From Methanomassiliicoccales archaeon UBA147 (GTDB lineage Archaea > Thermoplasmatota > Thermoplasmata > SG8-5), in contig DAJR01000027.1 of assembly GCA_002496385.1 (NCBI GenBank), positions 1,155 through 65,154 on the forward strand: a DNA stretch of 64,000 bases, given 5' to 3'. Under the pieces are notes generated by a model, which worked only from the letters and a program-made list of their open reading frames with translations, had not been told where the DNA came from and ran no database searches. Position numbers and translations under genes: made by a program. Of the stretch, positions 46,001-58,171 are shown piece after piece. Within the stretch, counting starts at the first letter, position 1. Each line of letters opens with the position of its first letter.

Positions 46001-46384
46001 ATCATCATTGCCACGGTCACCGACAATCTGAAGGTTGCCTCGGTCGAGATCTGGTACAGAAATGCCGAGTCCGAGGCATTTGCCAGTGCGGAGTTGATGC
46101 AGGCATCCGGCACAGACGATTATGCCGTGATATTGGACCGCCAGCCTGAAGGCAATTTCACATATTACATAGTGGCCAGCGACGGAGTCAATGATGCCCG
46201 ATTCCCGATACATGGCTCATGCACGGTGGAGGTAACCCGCTGCGGTGAATCCTCTTGGTTACCCGTTTTGATACTGACAATTGTGATAGTCCTAATGATA
46301 TTCGCAGCCTTTCTGGTATATCTGCATCATCGTCGGAAGCCTATTAAAGAAGAACCTGTTTCACCGGATAATAAGGTAGATTGA
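43100..46384 (+). CDS. Membrane-anchored surface protein, 1,094 aa: 2 CarboxypepD_reg-like domains, 8 tandem approximately 105-aa Ig-like repeats, and a C-terminal TM
   Basis: Signal peptide MSILTAFIVVSLLVPSIQLGA. The VIYGYVYDAYSTPLKDAEVYV...YGRYTV segment is present. The repeats begin P.I.H(T/Q/E)P.... The C-terminal TM is LPVLILTIVIVLMIFAAFLVYL followed by HHRRK. Confidence 0.85.
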   Translation: MRNKQYQFMSILTAFIVVSLLVPSIQLGASDSPPPHVIYGYVYDAYSTPLKDAEVYVNNTRTGGSQDCIADAYGRYTVGIDANTTHPYQIGDLLSITAVYHNHSQNGIIFVDGSPAQLFNISLNFRAYIIQGNVVKPDGTPARYFNVQVTNEFYHETRNCVTDSQGHYRTDLSTFQNGFGQNDGILASVSQSGFHGQKYTVVQTGPGATLDITLVDIEDPTPLLQETPASVNLSQNFRILVWVTDNHVLGSVRLLIKKSGQSAYSEIPMIKDDGSINDWNGNGMPNTQLYGQSTQLGLPVQTDIRDLLFYINATDTGGNSGTAPALNPSASPFIIKVNDQFSPTLAHTPVTWAEAGVPKEIIATADDNIMVDQVNLFCKGVGMVSFSKIRMMPTGDPLKYNASIPAQYALGTLNYYLVCNDTSNNSVRLPVSGEWSVNVADTRAPVITHTKINSANKDGTVNFTCIVNEVNEDLLDSVWLNYSYGALSGNETMNYSSLTGAWHYEFSPLSTKDIFCYTIWANDTSGNIAHVSNAFPVLDVGTPLITHQPPEFLEFNRTVAIFAYVEDDVEIAGVALAYLPSGALEYNTVGMADADTHSDVRHGNYTANISAQTVLGIGKLRYIMNASDGTNNISWPSLQPYYLIDILDTLPPSISNLAFNATPPGNAGARVRVNVTDWHSVDSVTIHYLNSTSLQWTPVQMNLIDSLTYEGTIPPHSPGMVKFYIASNDSSGNAATLPLTTPKLNPFFINFTDGIPPGIELVVPESMGVNQTVDIIVNATDDFSNASAELFCMGVKDTVFRRIELSMIDDASYKGTLPPQLSSGFVKLYAIASDGLNRNQTSTIEIPVINNPPMIRHTSPNNLSFGVAFSIVAEVTDDLRVENVSLDWKLQGGVSTLKALGRVNSNFYRANLSFDSPVTVLYRIIAFDTENHSIWPDDGYYEIEISDLEMPRIIHEPLQNLTTAEMPIIIATVTDNLKVASVEIWYRNAESEAFASAELMQASGTDDYAVILDRQPEGNFTYYIVASDGVNDARFPIHGSCTVEVTRCGESSWLPVLILTIVIVLMIFAAFLVYLHHRRKPIKEEPVSPDNKVD

Positions 46385-46385
46385 A

Positions 46386-47783
46386 ATGAGGTCCCCCGAG
46401 GAGTTCAGCGATTGGTACCAGGACATAGTCGAAAAGGCCGGTCTGGCCGACAAGAGATATCCGATTAAAGGCATGAATGTCTGGACCGGGTATGGCTGGA
46501 AGGCCATGCGGCTGATTGACAATTTCATTCGGGATGAGTTTGACAACACAGGCCATGACGAGGTTTGCTTTCCATTGCTAATCCCGCAGAATGAATTCCA
46601 GAAGGAAGCCGACCATATCAAAGGATTTGGCGCGGAAGTTTATTGGGTGACTCATGCCGGAGAGAACAAGCTCGACATACCTCTCTTATTGAGACCCACA
46701 AGCGAGACTGCGATGTACCCGATTTTCTCGCTCTGGGTTAGGTCCCACGCCGACCTTCCCCTGAAGACCTACCAGATAGTCAATGTATTCAGATATGAAA
46801 CCAAGCAGACCAGGGCGTTCATCAGGATGAGGGAGATACATTTCTTCGAGGCCCATACATGTCACACCGATTTTGAGGATGCAGAAGCCCAGATACGGGA
46901 AGACCTTGAGATAATGTCCCGACTCGCGAAGCGCCTTTGCCTCCCGTATGTCCTGTGCAAACGCCCGGATTGGGATAAATTTGCAGGTGCATATTACACG
47001 ATCGGAATCGATTCGCTGATGCCAACCGGCCGCACACTCCAGATGGGCAGCATCCATCAGTACCGGGACAATTTCTCGAAGCCTTACAATATCACCTACG
47101 AGGACGAGAACGGCGCACATGTCAATGTCCATCAGACAACATACGGCATGAGCGAACGGATACTCGGAGCCCTGATATCCATCCACAACGATGAAAAAGG
47201 CATAATACTGCCTCCTGACGTCGCACCCATCCAGATAGTGATTGTTCCGATTCTCTCAAAGGTCGAGCCAGAGAAGGTGACGGCCCGCTGCGAGGAATTG
47301 AGTGAAACACTGAAGAAATCAGGATACAGGGTTCACTTGGACAAAAGGGATCTCAGACCCGGCAACAAGTTCTATGACTGGGAATTGAGGGGCGTGCCAA
47401 TCAGGATAGAGCTTGGCGCCAGGGACATGCAGAATGGCATAGTCACGGTTGCAAGGAGAGACACCGGCGAGCGCGTTCAGCTTAAAAATGAGGACTTGTT
47501 GAATGGCATATCTGCCAACATGGCCGACGTTCAAGGCAACCTTTTCGCGAAAGCGAACTCCTCGCTTCAGGATTCAATACATCCGATAGAGGAACTCACG
47601 AATGTCCAGCCAGGCATAAATGTCATGGGCTGGTGCGGAACCGAGGATTGCGGCCACGTCATAGAGGAGAAAACCGAGATGGCTGTCCTGGGCGAACCTG
47701 TCGGGGCCGAGCTTTCGGAGAAAAAATGCATAGTATGCGGTATACCGACCATGAAAACGATATACGTTGCCCGAACCTACTGA
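46386..47783 (+). CDS. proS: Prolyl-tRNA synthetase, archaeal/eukaryotic type
   Basis: FSDWYQDIVEKAGL...RPTSET...FRYE...class II motifs are present, along with a C-terminal zinc-binding-like segment CIVCG. The gene starts 1 nt after the upstream stop. Confidence 0.9.
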   Translation: MRSPEEFSDWYQDIVEKAGLADKRYPIKGMNVWTGYGWKAMRLIDNFIRDEFDNTGHDEVCFPLLIPQNEFQKEADHIKGFGAEVYWVTHAGENKLDIPLLLRPTSETAMYPIFSLWVRSHADLPLKTYQIVNVFRYETKQTRAFIRMREIHFFEAHTCHTDFEDAEAQIREDLEIMSRLAKRLCLPYVLCKRPDWDKFAGAYYTIGIDSLMPTGRTLQMGSIHQYRDNFSKPYNITYEDENGAHVNVHQTTYGMSERILGALISIHNDEKGIILPPDVAPIQIVIVPILSKVEPEKVTARCEELSETLKKSGYRVHLDKRDLRPGNKFYDWELRGVPIRIELGARDMQNGIVTVARRDTGERVQLKNEDLLNGISANMADVQGNLFAKANSSLQDSIHPIEELTNVQPGINVMGWCGTEDCGHVIEEKTEMAVLGEPVGAELSEKKCIVCGIPTMKTIYVARTY

Positions 47784-47790
47784 ATGCCAT

Positions 47791-48033
47791 TTACAATTTT
47801 TTGGGGGTTTTAAGTGAATAGAGCAGTATCCCGACCGCGCCGAATCCGCACAGAACAACAGTCACGGAATAAATTCCCAGGTTGGACCTGTCAAAGATGT
47901 TCCAGGAGTTGTACATCAGGCCCCATGAAATGTATATGATGATTCCTAAAGCTAGGAATGCGGCATAGACAGCCATCATAACTCTTTTGGGAATCTCGAA
48001 TTCTGCATTCTCTTCTGGCATCCTGCGGTGCAT
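47791..48033 (-). CDS. Small 2-TM membrane protein, hypothetical
   Basis: Two hydrophobic helices (VMMAVYAAFLALGIIIYISWGL and IYSVTVVLCGFGAVGILLY). The start is uncertain; the ORF extends to 48108. Confidence 0.4.
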   Translation of the reverse strand: MHRRMPEENAEFEIPKRVMMAVYAAFLALGIIIYISWGLMYNSWNIFDRSNLGIYSVTVVLCGFGAVGILLYSLKTPKKL

Positions 48034-48139
48034 CAAGCATATGATATAAAACGTTTGCCTAGGGGATTTTCTCGAGAAACGATACCAAAAAGGATTTATT
48101 AAGGTCATTATTACCTACCAGAGGAGAGTTAGATATCAA

Positions 48140-49708
48140 ATGTCAGTTAGCGAATCATTTACCAAACTTAAAGCACCAGAAATAAAGCTGCTTGCAAAGG
48201 ACATCGGGTTAAAGCTGATGGGCAGGGAGAAGAAGAGCGATCTTCTGGGCATGATAAATGCCGCACTGGATGCAAAGCTGAATTCCATGACCTTGGACGA
48301 TTTAAAATACTTTGCCGATTCGATTGGCCTGGACATCCCTGCTGCCATCCAGCCTGCAGATTGCGCGGCTCTGTTGAAACCCGCGCTGACTGATGCTGCC
48401 GTGAGACAACTGTTTAATGTTTCCTCCCAGCAGCAATCCCAGCTTGAAGAAATAGGGGGCGAATTGAAGAACCTCGAAAAGGACATGGAGAGCGTCCTCG
48501 ACAAACTTGAGCACTTGCCTCCTCCCGATATGACCGATATTTACGTAATCGATCAGAAACTAACTGACGTGGTGAAGACCAACATCGATTACTCGAATGT
48601 AGCCAGTCTGTTGGATGTCGGCAGGATAAAATTCCTGGACAGAAAATATGTCGAAAGCATGACAATCCTGGATGAAGCCATCAAGGCATCGGAAGATATG
48701 ATTCAGAAGTACTGTGACATCACCCAGGCCTTCATCATTCTATCGGCCGAAAAGGTGCTGGAAGAATGCAGAGACTCGAAGTCCAACAATGAGAAGGCTG
48801 CAGACATGCTGATTCATGCCAAGAGGACTTTCTCGTCACGCGGCGCGAACCGCCTTGAAGCCATTCAGGCTCTCAGCGAGCTGGCAAAAAAGGTGCACAG
48901 AGAGGAGGTAATCATCCTCGAGCAGCGGCTGGCCCAGGTGGAACCTCTCATCAATGCCATGAGGGTGCAGGGCGTTGACATCTTCAATGCCGAGCGCTAT
49001 ATCCACAGAGCAAGAGAATCCTTTTTGATAGGGGACCTTGCATCTGTGACTGCTTATCTGGACAAGTCGGTCAACATGGCCAATGAATCCAAAAATCAAT
49101 GGATAAATGAAATCAGGAATGACATCCCCAGGGTGGAGTCGATAATTCATCAGGCCTCCGAACTGGGCGCAGACACTGCGGAAGCAGAGAAACACCTGTT
49201 ACAGGCCAAAAGTGCATTTGACAACAAGGACTATTCCCTTTGCTCCGAGCTGAAGAAACAGGCCGAGAGGAAGGCCATGGAGAGCCAGCATTCACAAATT
49301 CAGAAAGCGGCTAAACTTGAGAGGGAGAAACTCGGTGATGCCGAGAAGATACTTTCCTCCCTTGTGCCGATCATGCGGGAGGCCGAAGCTTACGGAATCA
49401 ATGTGATGGAGATGTCTGGCTCCATGCACTCCGCCCGAAACGCTCTCATGAACAATGATTATGTGAATGCCCTCACTTATGCAAGAGACGCAGAATCCCG
49501 TTCCAAATCTGTCTTGACACAGGTAAAGTCATTCAGGGAGCATGTTATCGCTTCGCGCGAGCCTCTCCAGCTTTGCCAGACATGCAATGTGGTGGGAGTT
49601 AAACTGTTCCCCCAAGGAAAAGCAGTATGCGTCAACTGCGGCATGGTGTATGATGTCCAGGTGAGGGAACCGGAACAGAAGAAATCATCATGGTTCAAGA
49701 AAAAATAA
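48140..49708 (+). CDS. Coiled-coil / helical-repeat protein with a duplicated SAP-like N-terminal motif and a C-terminal zinc ribbon
   Basis: The N-terminal motifs are LKAPEIKLLAKDIGL and LTLDDLKYFADSIGL. The C-terminus is CQTC...CVNCG. I recognise no family. Confidence 0.65.
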   Translation: MSVSESFTKLKAPEIKLLAKDIGLKLMGREKKSDLLGMINAALDAKLNSMTLDDLKYFADSIGLDIPAAIQPADCAALLKPALTDAAVRQLFNVSSQQQSQLEEIGGELKNLEKDMESVLDKLEHLPPPDMTDIYVIDQKLTDVVKTNIDYSNVASLLDVGRIKFLDRKYVESMTILDEAIKASEDMIQKYCDITQAFIILSAEKVLEECRDSKSNNEKAADMLIHAKRTFSSRGANRLEAIQALSELAKKVHREEVIILEQRLAQVEPLINAMRVQGVDIFNAERYIHRARESFLIGDLASVTAYLDKSVNMANESKNQWINEIRNDIPRVESIIHQASELGADTAEAEKHLLQAKSAFDNKDYSLCSELKKQAERKAMESQHSQIQKAAKLEREKLGDAEKILSSLVPIMREAEAYGINVMEMSGSMHSARNALMNNDYVNALTYARDAESRSKSVLTQVKSFREHVIASREPLQLCQTCNVVGVKLFPQGKAVCVNCGMVYDVQVREPEQKKSSWFKKK

Positions 49709-49739
49709 TCTCCGCTTGGGGTTCCTACAACGAAAATGA

Positions 49740-49760
49740 GAGCCTGGCCGAACCAGGCTC
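49740..49760. terminator. Bidirectional hairpin between convergent genes
   Basis: gagcctgg-ccgaa-ccaggctc (perfect 8-bp stem), located between stop 49708 (+) and stop 49778 (-). Confidence 0.5.
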
Positions 49761-49777
49761 ATTTCTTACTCATGAAT

Positions 49778-53347
<3,570 letters not shown>

Positions 53348-53479
53348 CTAAGACCTAGTGAGGAACCCCAATAAATACCTAATATTAATGTTTCCGAACA
53401 TTGATGCATAATTAATATTGTTTCAGTTTGCCGCAAAAATATATATAGCAATCGGTTTGTAAGGCCATAAGGTGACCCG

Positions 53480-54679
53480 ATGAAAGCTGTCATACTAGCC
53501 GCAGGGGAAGGCACGCGACTCAGGCCGTTCACGAACTCTGAGCCAAAGCCAATGATACACATTGCCAACAGGCCCATCCTTGAATATGCCCTGGAGGCCC
53601 TGGCCAAGAACGGAATCACGGACATCATCATGGTGGTCGGTTACAAGAAGGAACGCATCATGAGCCATTTCGAGGACGGTTCCGACCTGAAGGTCAACAT
53701 CGAATATGTTGAGCAGAAGAAGCGCGTCGCACAGGCAGGCACCGCATATGCCCTTTCGATGGCAAAAGCCCATGTGAATGGTGATTTCCTGGTTCTGCCG
53801 GGGGACAACATTATCAGCCCAAGCCTGATTGGCGATCTCATCCGTAGCAAGGGAAAATACAGACTTGTGGTGACCGAGAGCGAAACACCGTCCAAGTATG
53901 GGGTTGTGGAGCTGTCGGGGGATTCGGTGAGGAACATTGTCGAGAAACCGACTGCGGACATTGGCAATCTCATCAGCACAGGCATATACAAGTTCAGCGA
54001 CGAGATATTCTCGGAAATCGACCGCGTGATGAAGAAAGGCCGCTACGACCTCACCAGTGTTATACAGACAATAATTCCGACGACAAAGGTCACTGCAGTG
54101 AAGACATCCAAGGTCTGGAGCGACGTTGTATATCCCTGGGACATACTGGCCATGAATGCGGTGGCCCTGAGGAAATGCGCGCCGAAGACATCCGGCAAGA
54201 TAGACAAGGGCGTCACGATGAAAGGCGCTGTCTCGATAGGGAAAGGCACGGTCATCCGAACTGGGACGCACATAATGGGCCCGGTCGTAATCGGCGAAGG
54301 CTGCGAGATAGGCCCCTCAGTATGCATATATCCGTCCACCAGCATCGGGAACAATGTCAGGATCGGCCCGTTCACGATAGTCGAGAACAGCGTCCTGATG
54401 AATGATGTCCAGCTCAGCTCTGGCTCATACATCTCACATTCCGTCATCGGCGAAGGCGTCGAGATTAATCCGCAATTCTGCGCAGTCGAGGCAGAAGCGC
54501 ATGTGAAGCTCGAAAATGAGTGCAAGAAAGTGGAAAGGCTCGGCGCATTGGTGGGTGCCAAAACAGTGATAGGCAGCCAGGTCTCGGTCGAGTCCGGATG
54601 CATCATAGGCTCGGATTGCACAATCTCCAGCCATGCCTGCGTCAGGGGCAATCTTGAGGACAATACCAAAGTGATATAG
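53480..54679 (+). CDS. Sugar-1-phosphate nucleotidylyltransferase with a C-terminal left-handed beta-helix (archaeal GlmU-like, bifunctional)
   Basis: MKAVILAAGEGTRLRP is the GxGTRxxP motif. The C-terminal half consists of hexapeptide repeats. Confidence 0.8.
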   Translation: MKAVILAAGEGTRLRPFTNSEPKPMIHIANRPILEYALEALAKNGITDIIMVVGYKKERIMSHFEDGSDLKVNIEYVEQKKRVAQAGTAYALSMAKAHVNGDFLVLPGDNIISPSLIGDLIRSKGKYRLVVTESETPSKYGVVELSGDSVRNIVEKPTADIGNLISTGIYKFSDEIFSEIDRVMKKGRYDLTSVIQTIIPTTKVTAVKTSKVWSDVVYPWDILAMNAVALRKCAPKTSGKIDKGVTMKGAVSIGKGTVIRTGTHIMGPVVIGEGCEIGPSVCIYPSTSIGNNVRIGPFTIVENSVLMNDVQLSSGSYISHSVIGEGVEINPQFCAVEAEAHVKLENECKKVERLGALVGAKTVIGSQVSVESGCIIGSDCTISSHACVRGNLEDNTKVI

Positions 54680-54689
54680 AGGCTCGTTC

Positions 54690-56480
54690 ATGTGCGGTAT
54701 CATCGGTTACACGGGAAACAGGCAGGCCAGGGATGTCATCATTGCCGGTCTTAAACGCCTTGAGTACAGGGGCTATGATTCGGCCGGGATAGTCATCGGC
54801 AACGGCTCGCTGAACCTCTTCAAGGACAAAGGGGACCTGGACCATCTCATCGGAATTCTTCCCGCCATGAGGGGTAAATATGGCATAGGCCACACCCGAT
54901 GGGCAACCCATGGCCGCCCTATGAAGAACAACTCCCATCCCATATTCGACTGCAAGGGTGATATCGCCCTTGTCCACAACGGCATCATAGAGAACAATGT
55001 GGCGCTCAGGGAGGAACTCATGAAGAAGGGCCATGTTTTCCGGTCAGAAACCGACACCGAGGTCGCCGTCCACTTGATTGAAGAATATTACAGCGGCAAC
55101 CTTGAGACGGCCATGCGAAAAACAGTTGCGAGGCTTCAGGGCAGTTACGCCCTGGCTGCGGTTCATGTCAAGGAGAACGGAAAGGTGGTCGGCGCCCGGA
55201 ACATCAGCCCCCTGGTCGTTGGCATCGGAAAGAGGGAGAACTTCCTCGCCTCCGATGTGCCGGCACTTCTCGATTATACGGACAGGATGATTTATCTCCT
55301 TGACGGGGAGATTGTCACCCTGACGAAAGAATCAGTGAGGATTACCGATTTCAAGGGAAAGGAAATCAAGAGAAGCTGGCAAAGGGTCGACATGACCCTG
55401 GAAGGCGCGGAGAAGGGCGGTTATGACCATTTCATGCTGAAGGAGATCTTCGAACAGCCGACCGCGATTCAGAACACGATAATCGGTGCAAACTTAAATT
55501 CAGAGAGCGGGTATTCTATCGACCTGCTGCCTGACACGGTGAAAATCATTGCCTGCGGAACATCCTACCATGCCGGATACATAGGGAAATACATGATCGA
55601 GGAGCTTGCCCGGATACCCACCACGGTCGAGCTGGCCTCCGAATACCGATTTTCCTCCGGAACCTCGGGAAGACCGCTCGTCCTGGGCATCAGCCAGAGC
55701 GGCGAAACCACTGACACATTGTCTGCCATCAGGACAGCCCAGAAGCGGGGATTCGACACGCTGGGCATCGTCAACATTGTCGGCAGCACAATGACCAGGG
55801 AGGCCAATTCCGTTTTCTACACCAGGGCCGGTCTGGAAGTCGGGGTCGCAGCGACGAAAACATACCTCACCCAACTCATCGCCCTGTTATCCATCGCCAT
55901 AAAGCTGGGTGTGGCGAACGAAAGCCTGGGAATAGACGAAGCACGGCATCTGACCAATGAGATGAAGAAGCTTCCGAAGCATGTCCGCACGGTTCTGGAC
56001 CAGTCCGACCGGATTTTTGACCTTGCGCAGGGGATCACCGGCGCACGGAGCATGTTCTTCCTCGGAAGGAACCTCAACCACCCAGTGGCTCTCGAAGGTG
56101 CCCTCAAGATGAAGGAGATATCTTACATCCATGCCGAGGGCTATCCGGGCGGGGAGCTGAAACACGGACCCCTGGCCCTGGTGACGGAGGAGACCCCGGT
56201 CGTTGCCATAGCCGTGAAGGACCAGACATACGAGAAGATGCTGGGAAACATCGGCGAGGTAAGTGCCAGGGGTGCGACCGTTATCGCGGTCGGGACCGAG
56301 GGGGACAGGGAACTGGACAAATATGCCGACCATGTGATATACATACCCGAAGTTCCGCGTTTGTTCACACCCATCCTGACTTCTGTCGTCCTCCAACTGC
56401 TGGCGTACCACACAGCCAACATTCTCGGATGCGAGATCGACAAACCGAGGCACCTGGCCAAGAGTGTCACGGTCGAATAG
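54690..56480 (+). CDS. glmS: Glutamine--fructose-6-phosphate aminotransferase (isomerizing)
   Basis: N-terminal nucleophile MCGIIGY, tandem SIS domains and a C-terminal KSVTVE. Confidence 0.95.
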   Translation: MCGIIGYTGNRQARDVIIAGLKRLEYRGYDSAGIVIGNGSLNLFKDKGDLDHLIGILPAMRGKYGIGHTRWATHGRPMKNNSHPIFDCKGDIALVHNGIIENNVALREELMKKGHVFRSETDTEVAVHLIEEYYSGNLETAMRKTVARLQGSYALAAVHVKENGKVVGARNISPLVVGIGKRENFLASDVPALLDYTDRMIYLLDGEIVTLTKESVRITDFKGKEIKRSWQRVDMTLEGAEKGGYDHFMLKEIFEQPTAIQNTIIGANLNSESGYSIDLLPDTVKIIACGTSYHAGYIGKYMIEELARIPTTVELASEYRFSSGTSGRPLVLGISQSGETTDTLSAIRTAQKRGFDTLGIVNIVGSTMTREANSVFYTRAGLEVGVAATKTYLTQLIALLSIAIKLGVANESLGIDEARHLTNEMKKLPKHVRTVLDQSDRIFDLAQGITGARSMFFLGRNLNHPVALEGALKMKEISYIHAEGYPGGELKHGPLALVTEETPVVAIAVKDQTYEKMLGNIGEVSARGATVIAVGTEGDRELDKYADHVIYIPEVPRLFTPILTSVVLQLLAYHTANILGCEIDKPRHLAKSVTVE

Positions 56481-56553
56481 ATTTTCCCCCCGACACCCAG
56501 ATTTCCCAAAACTGCGAACTGGCACCGGCCATCCCGACCTGGGAATGTTCCAT

Positions 56554-57222
56554 TCACAAAGGTTTTTTCAAAACAGCGTAATGGTTATCGCAGGAGAACC
56601 ATCTCTCGGCGACATCGAACCCTGAGCCGGCCAGCAACCTGTCGAACTCCTTTTCAGTGAACAGATGGTAATAGCGCTTGAAGACGCGCCCATCCGGCAT
56701 CTTCCAGTCGAGGAGCATATCCCCCGGTTCCCAGTCATGCTGGAACTCGAACTTTCCCTGGACAAGGTCATCTTTGAATTTCGCCTGTTCAGCAGCCCAA
56801 ACTCCGGCCAGGCAGAGGCCGCCCGGCTTCAGGCATCGCAGGGCCTCGTTCAGGGCCATAGTCCTCTCCCCTGCGGCCGGGATGTGATGAAGGACCGCTC
56901 CCAGCAACGCCCCGTCGGCCATGCTCCCTTTGAAAGGAAGTTGGACGACATCCCCGAGCACGAGAGAAGGTTGGCTGTCGGGCTTTCGCCTGGCGGTGGA
57001 AAGCTGGCCGAGCGAAAAATCCAATCCGGCGACTTTGATGCCTCTTCCCTCGAAATAGCGGAGGTCCCGGCCGTTCCCGCACCCCAGGTCCAGGACGAGC
57101 TGTCCGGGCGAAAAATGCTCCGCGAATCTCTTCGTGTCAGGCCAGGGCAGGTACCTGGTTGCGTCAAAATTCTCCGCGATCGCATCATAGGTTCTGATGA
57201 TGCTATCCTTCGACTTTTTCAT
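56554..57222 (-). CDS. Class I SAM-dependent methyltransferase (type 11)
   Basis: VLDLGCGNGRD followed by KVAGLDFS. The start is taken at MKKSKDSI; the ORF extends to 57279. The 5' end overlaps the 3' end of cbf5. Confidence 0.7.
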   Translation of the reverse strand: MKKSKDSIIRTYDAIAENFDATRYLPWPDTKRFAEHFSPGQLVLDLGCGNGRDLRYFEGRGIKVAGLDFSLGQLSTARRKPDSQPSLVLGDVVQLPFKGSMADGALLGAVLHHIPAAGERTMALNEALRCLKPGGLCLAGVWAAEQAKFKDDLVQGKFEFQHDWEPGDMLLDWKMPDGRVFKRYYHLFTEKEFDRLLAGSGFDVAERWFSCDNHYAVLKKPL

Positions 57223-58171
57223 CCTTCCCTCTCTTCCACAGCTGCGGGTAGGTGCGGGGAGCCATGAAAACCCTTTCAAGGTTCACCGCGCTGCCTTTCT
57301 CCATCCCCCGCAGCGCCGCGGAGTCGAGCTTGGCCTTGCCGACGGCAACGCCCTCCCCTTTCTGGGTGAGGACTGCAACCATCTGACCCACAGCGAAGTC
57401 CCCCTCCGTCTTGGTGATGCCGGGAACCGCAACATCCGCGCCGTGGCATATGGCATCGACAGCCGAATCTTTGACATATATTTTGGGAAGATGGTCCAGC
57501 AGCCTTTCATACGGGAGGATGATTTTCCTCAGTGGCTTCTCGTCCCCCTCCTCGTAGGCCACGAAGGCGTCCTTCAGCTGATGAAGCGTGATGAGTTGGC
57601 TCTCGCCGAACCCCGCGGTCCTGGTTCTTCGGAGCTCGAACATGTGCCCGCCGACGCCCAGCGCATCGCCCATGTCCACGCAAAGCGTCCGAATATATGT
57701 GCCGGATTCGCAGACAACCCTGAAAAGCACGCTCTTATCCTTGATGTCCAGTATTTCCATCTCATGGATTTTCCTGGAGCGCCTCTCTCTTTTGACGGCC
57801 GCCCTCACCGGCGGGGTCTGGTAAATCTCAGCCGTGAATTGTGTGAAAACCGCATCCAGTTCCTCTCTGCCCACCTGGCCGTGGAGTTTCATGGTGGCGA
57901 TATACTCCTTGGAATCGAGAAGAAGGACCTGCAGGGCTTTGAGGGCGTCGTCCAGAGCGATGACCAGCACTCCGCTGACATTCGGATCGAGCGTGCCTCC
58001 ATGACCCGCTTTCTCCGCCCCGACCAATTTTCTCACCCATGCCGAGACCTGATGGCTTGTCGGGCCCCGGGGCTTGTCTATGACGATTATCCCTTTCTTG
58101 AGGTGCTCTCTGATGCCTCTTTCCCCCGGAGGAGTTCCGTGCCGGCTTCTGGCTGATGAGGCTTCAGCCAT
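57203..58171 (-). CDS. cbf5: H/ACA RNP pseudouridine synthase Cbf5 (TruB family with PUA domain)
   Basis: VIDKPRGPTSHQV...GHGGTLDPNVSGVL catalytic-Asp context, plus a C-terminal PUA-like region. Confidence 0.9.
   Translation of the reverse strand: MAEASSARSRHGTPPGERGIREHLKKGIIVIDKPRGPTSHQVSAWVRKLVGAEKAGHGGTLDPNVSGVLVIALDDALKALQVLLLDSKEYIATMKLHGQVGREELDAVFTQFTAEIYQTPPVRAAVKRERRSRKIHEMEILDIKDKSVLFRVVCESGTYIRTLCVDMGDALGVGGHMFELRRTRTAGFGESQLITLHQLKDAFVAYEEGDEKPLRKIILPYERLLDHLPKIYVKDSAVDAICHGADVAVPGITKTEGDFAVGQMVAVLTQKGEGVAVGKAKLDSAALRGMEKGSAVNLERVFMAPRTYPQLWKRGKDEKVEG

Noticed and set aside
17341-46384. The large repetitive block could be a mobile element, prophage or defence island.
   Set aside because: I found no integrase, transposase, capsid/terminase, nuclease-helicase, restriction-modification or other defence signatures. 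All five products have secretion or anchor signals and adhesin-like beta-domains.
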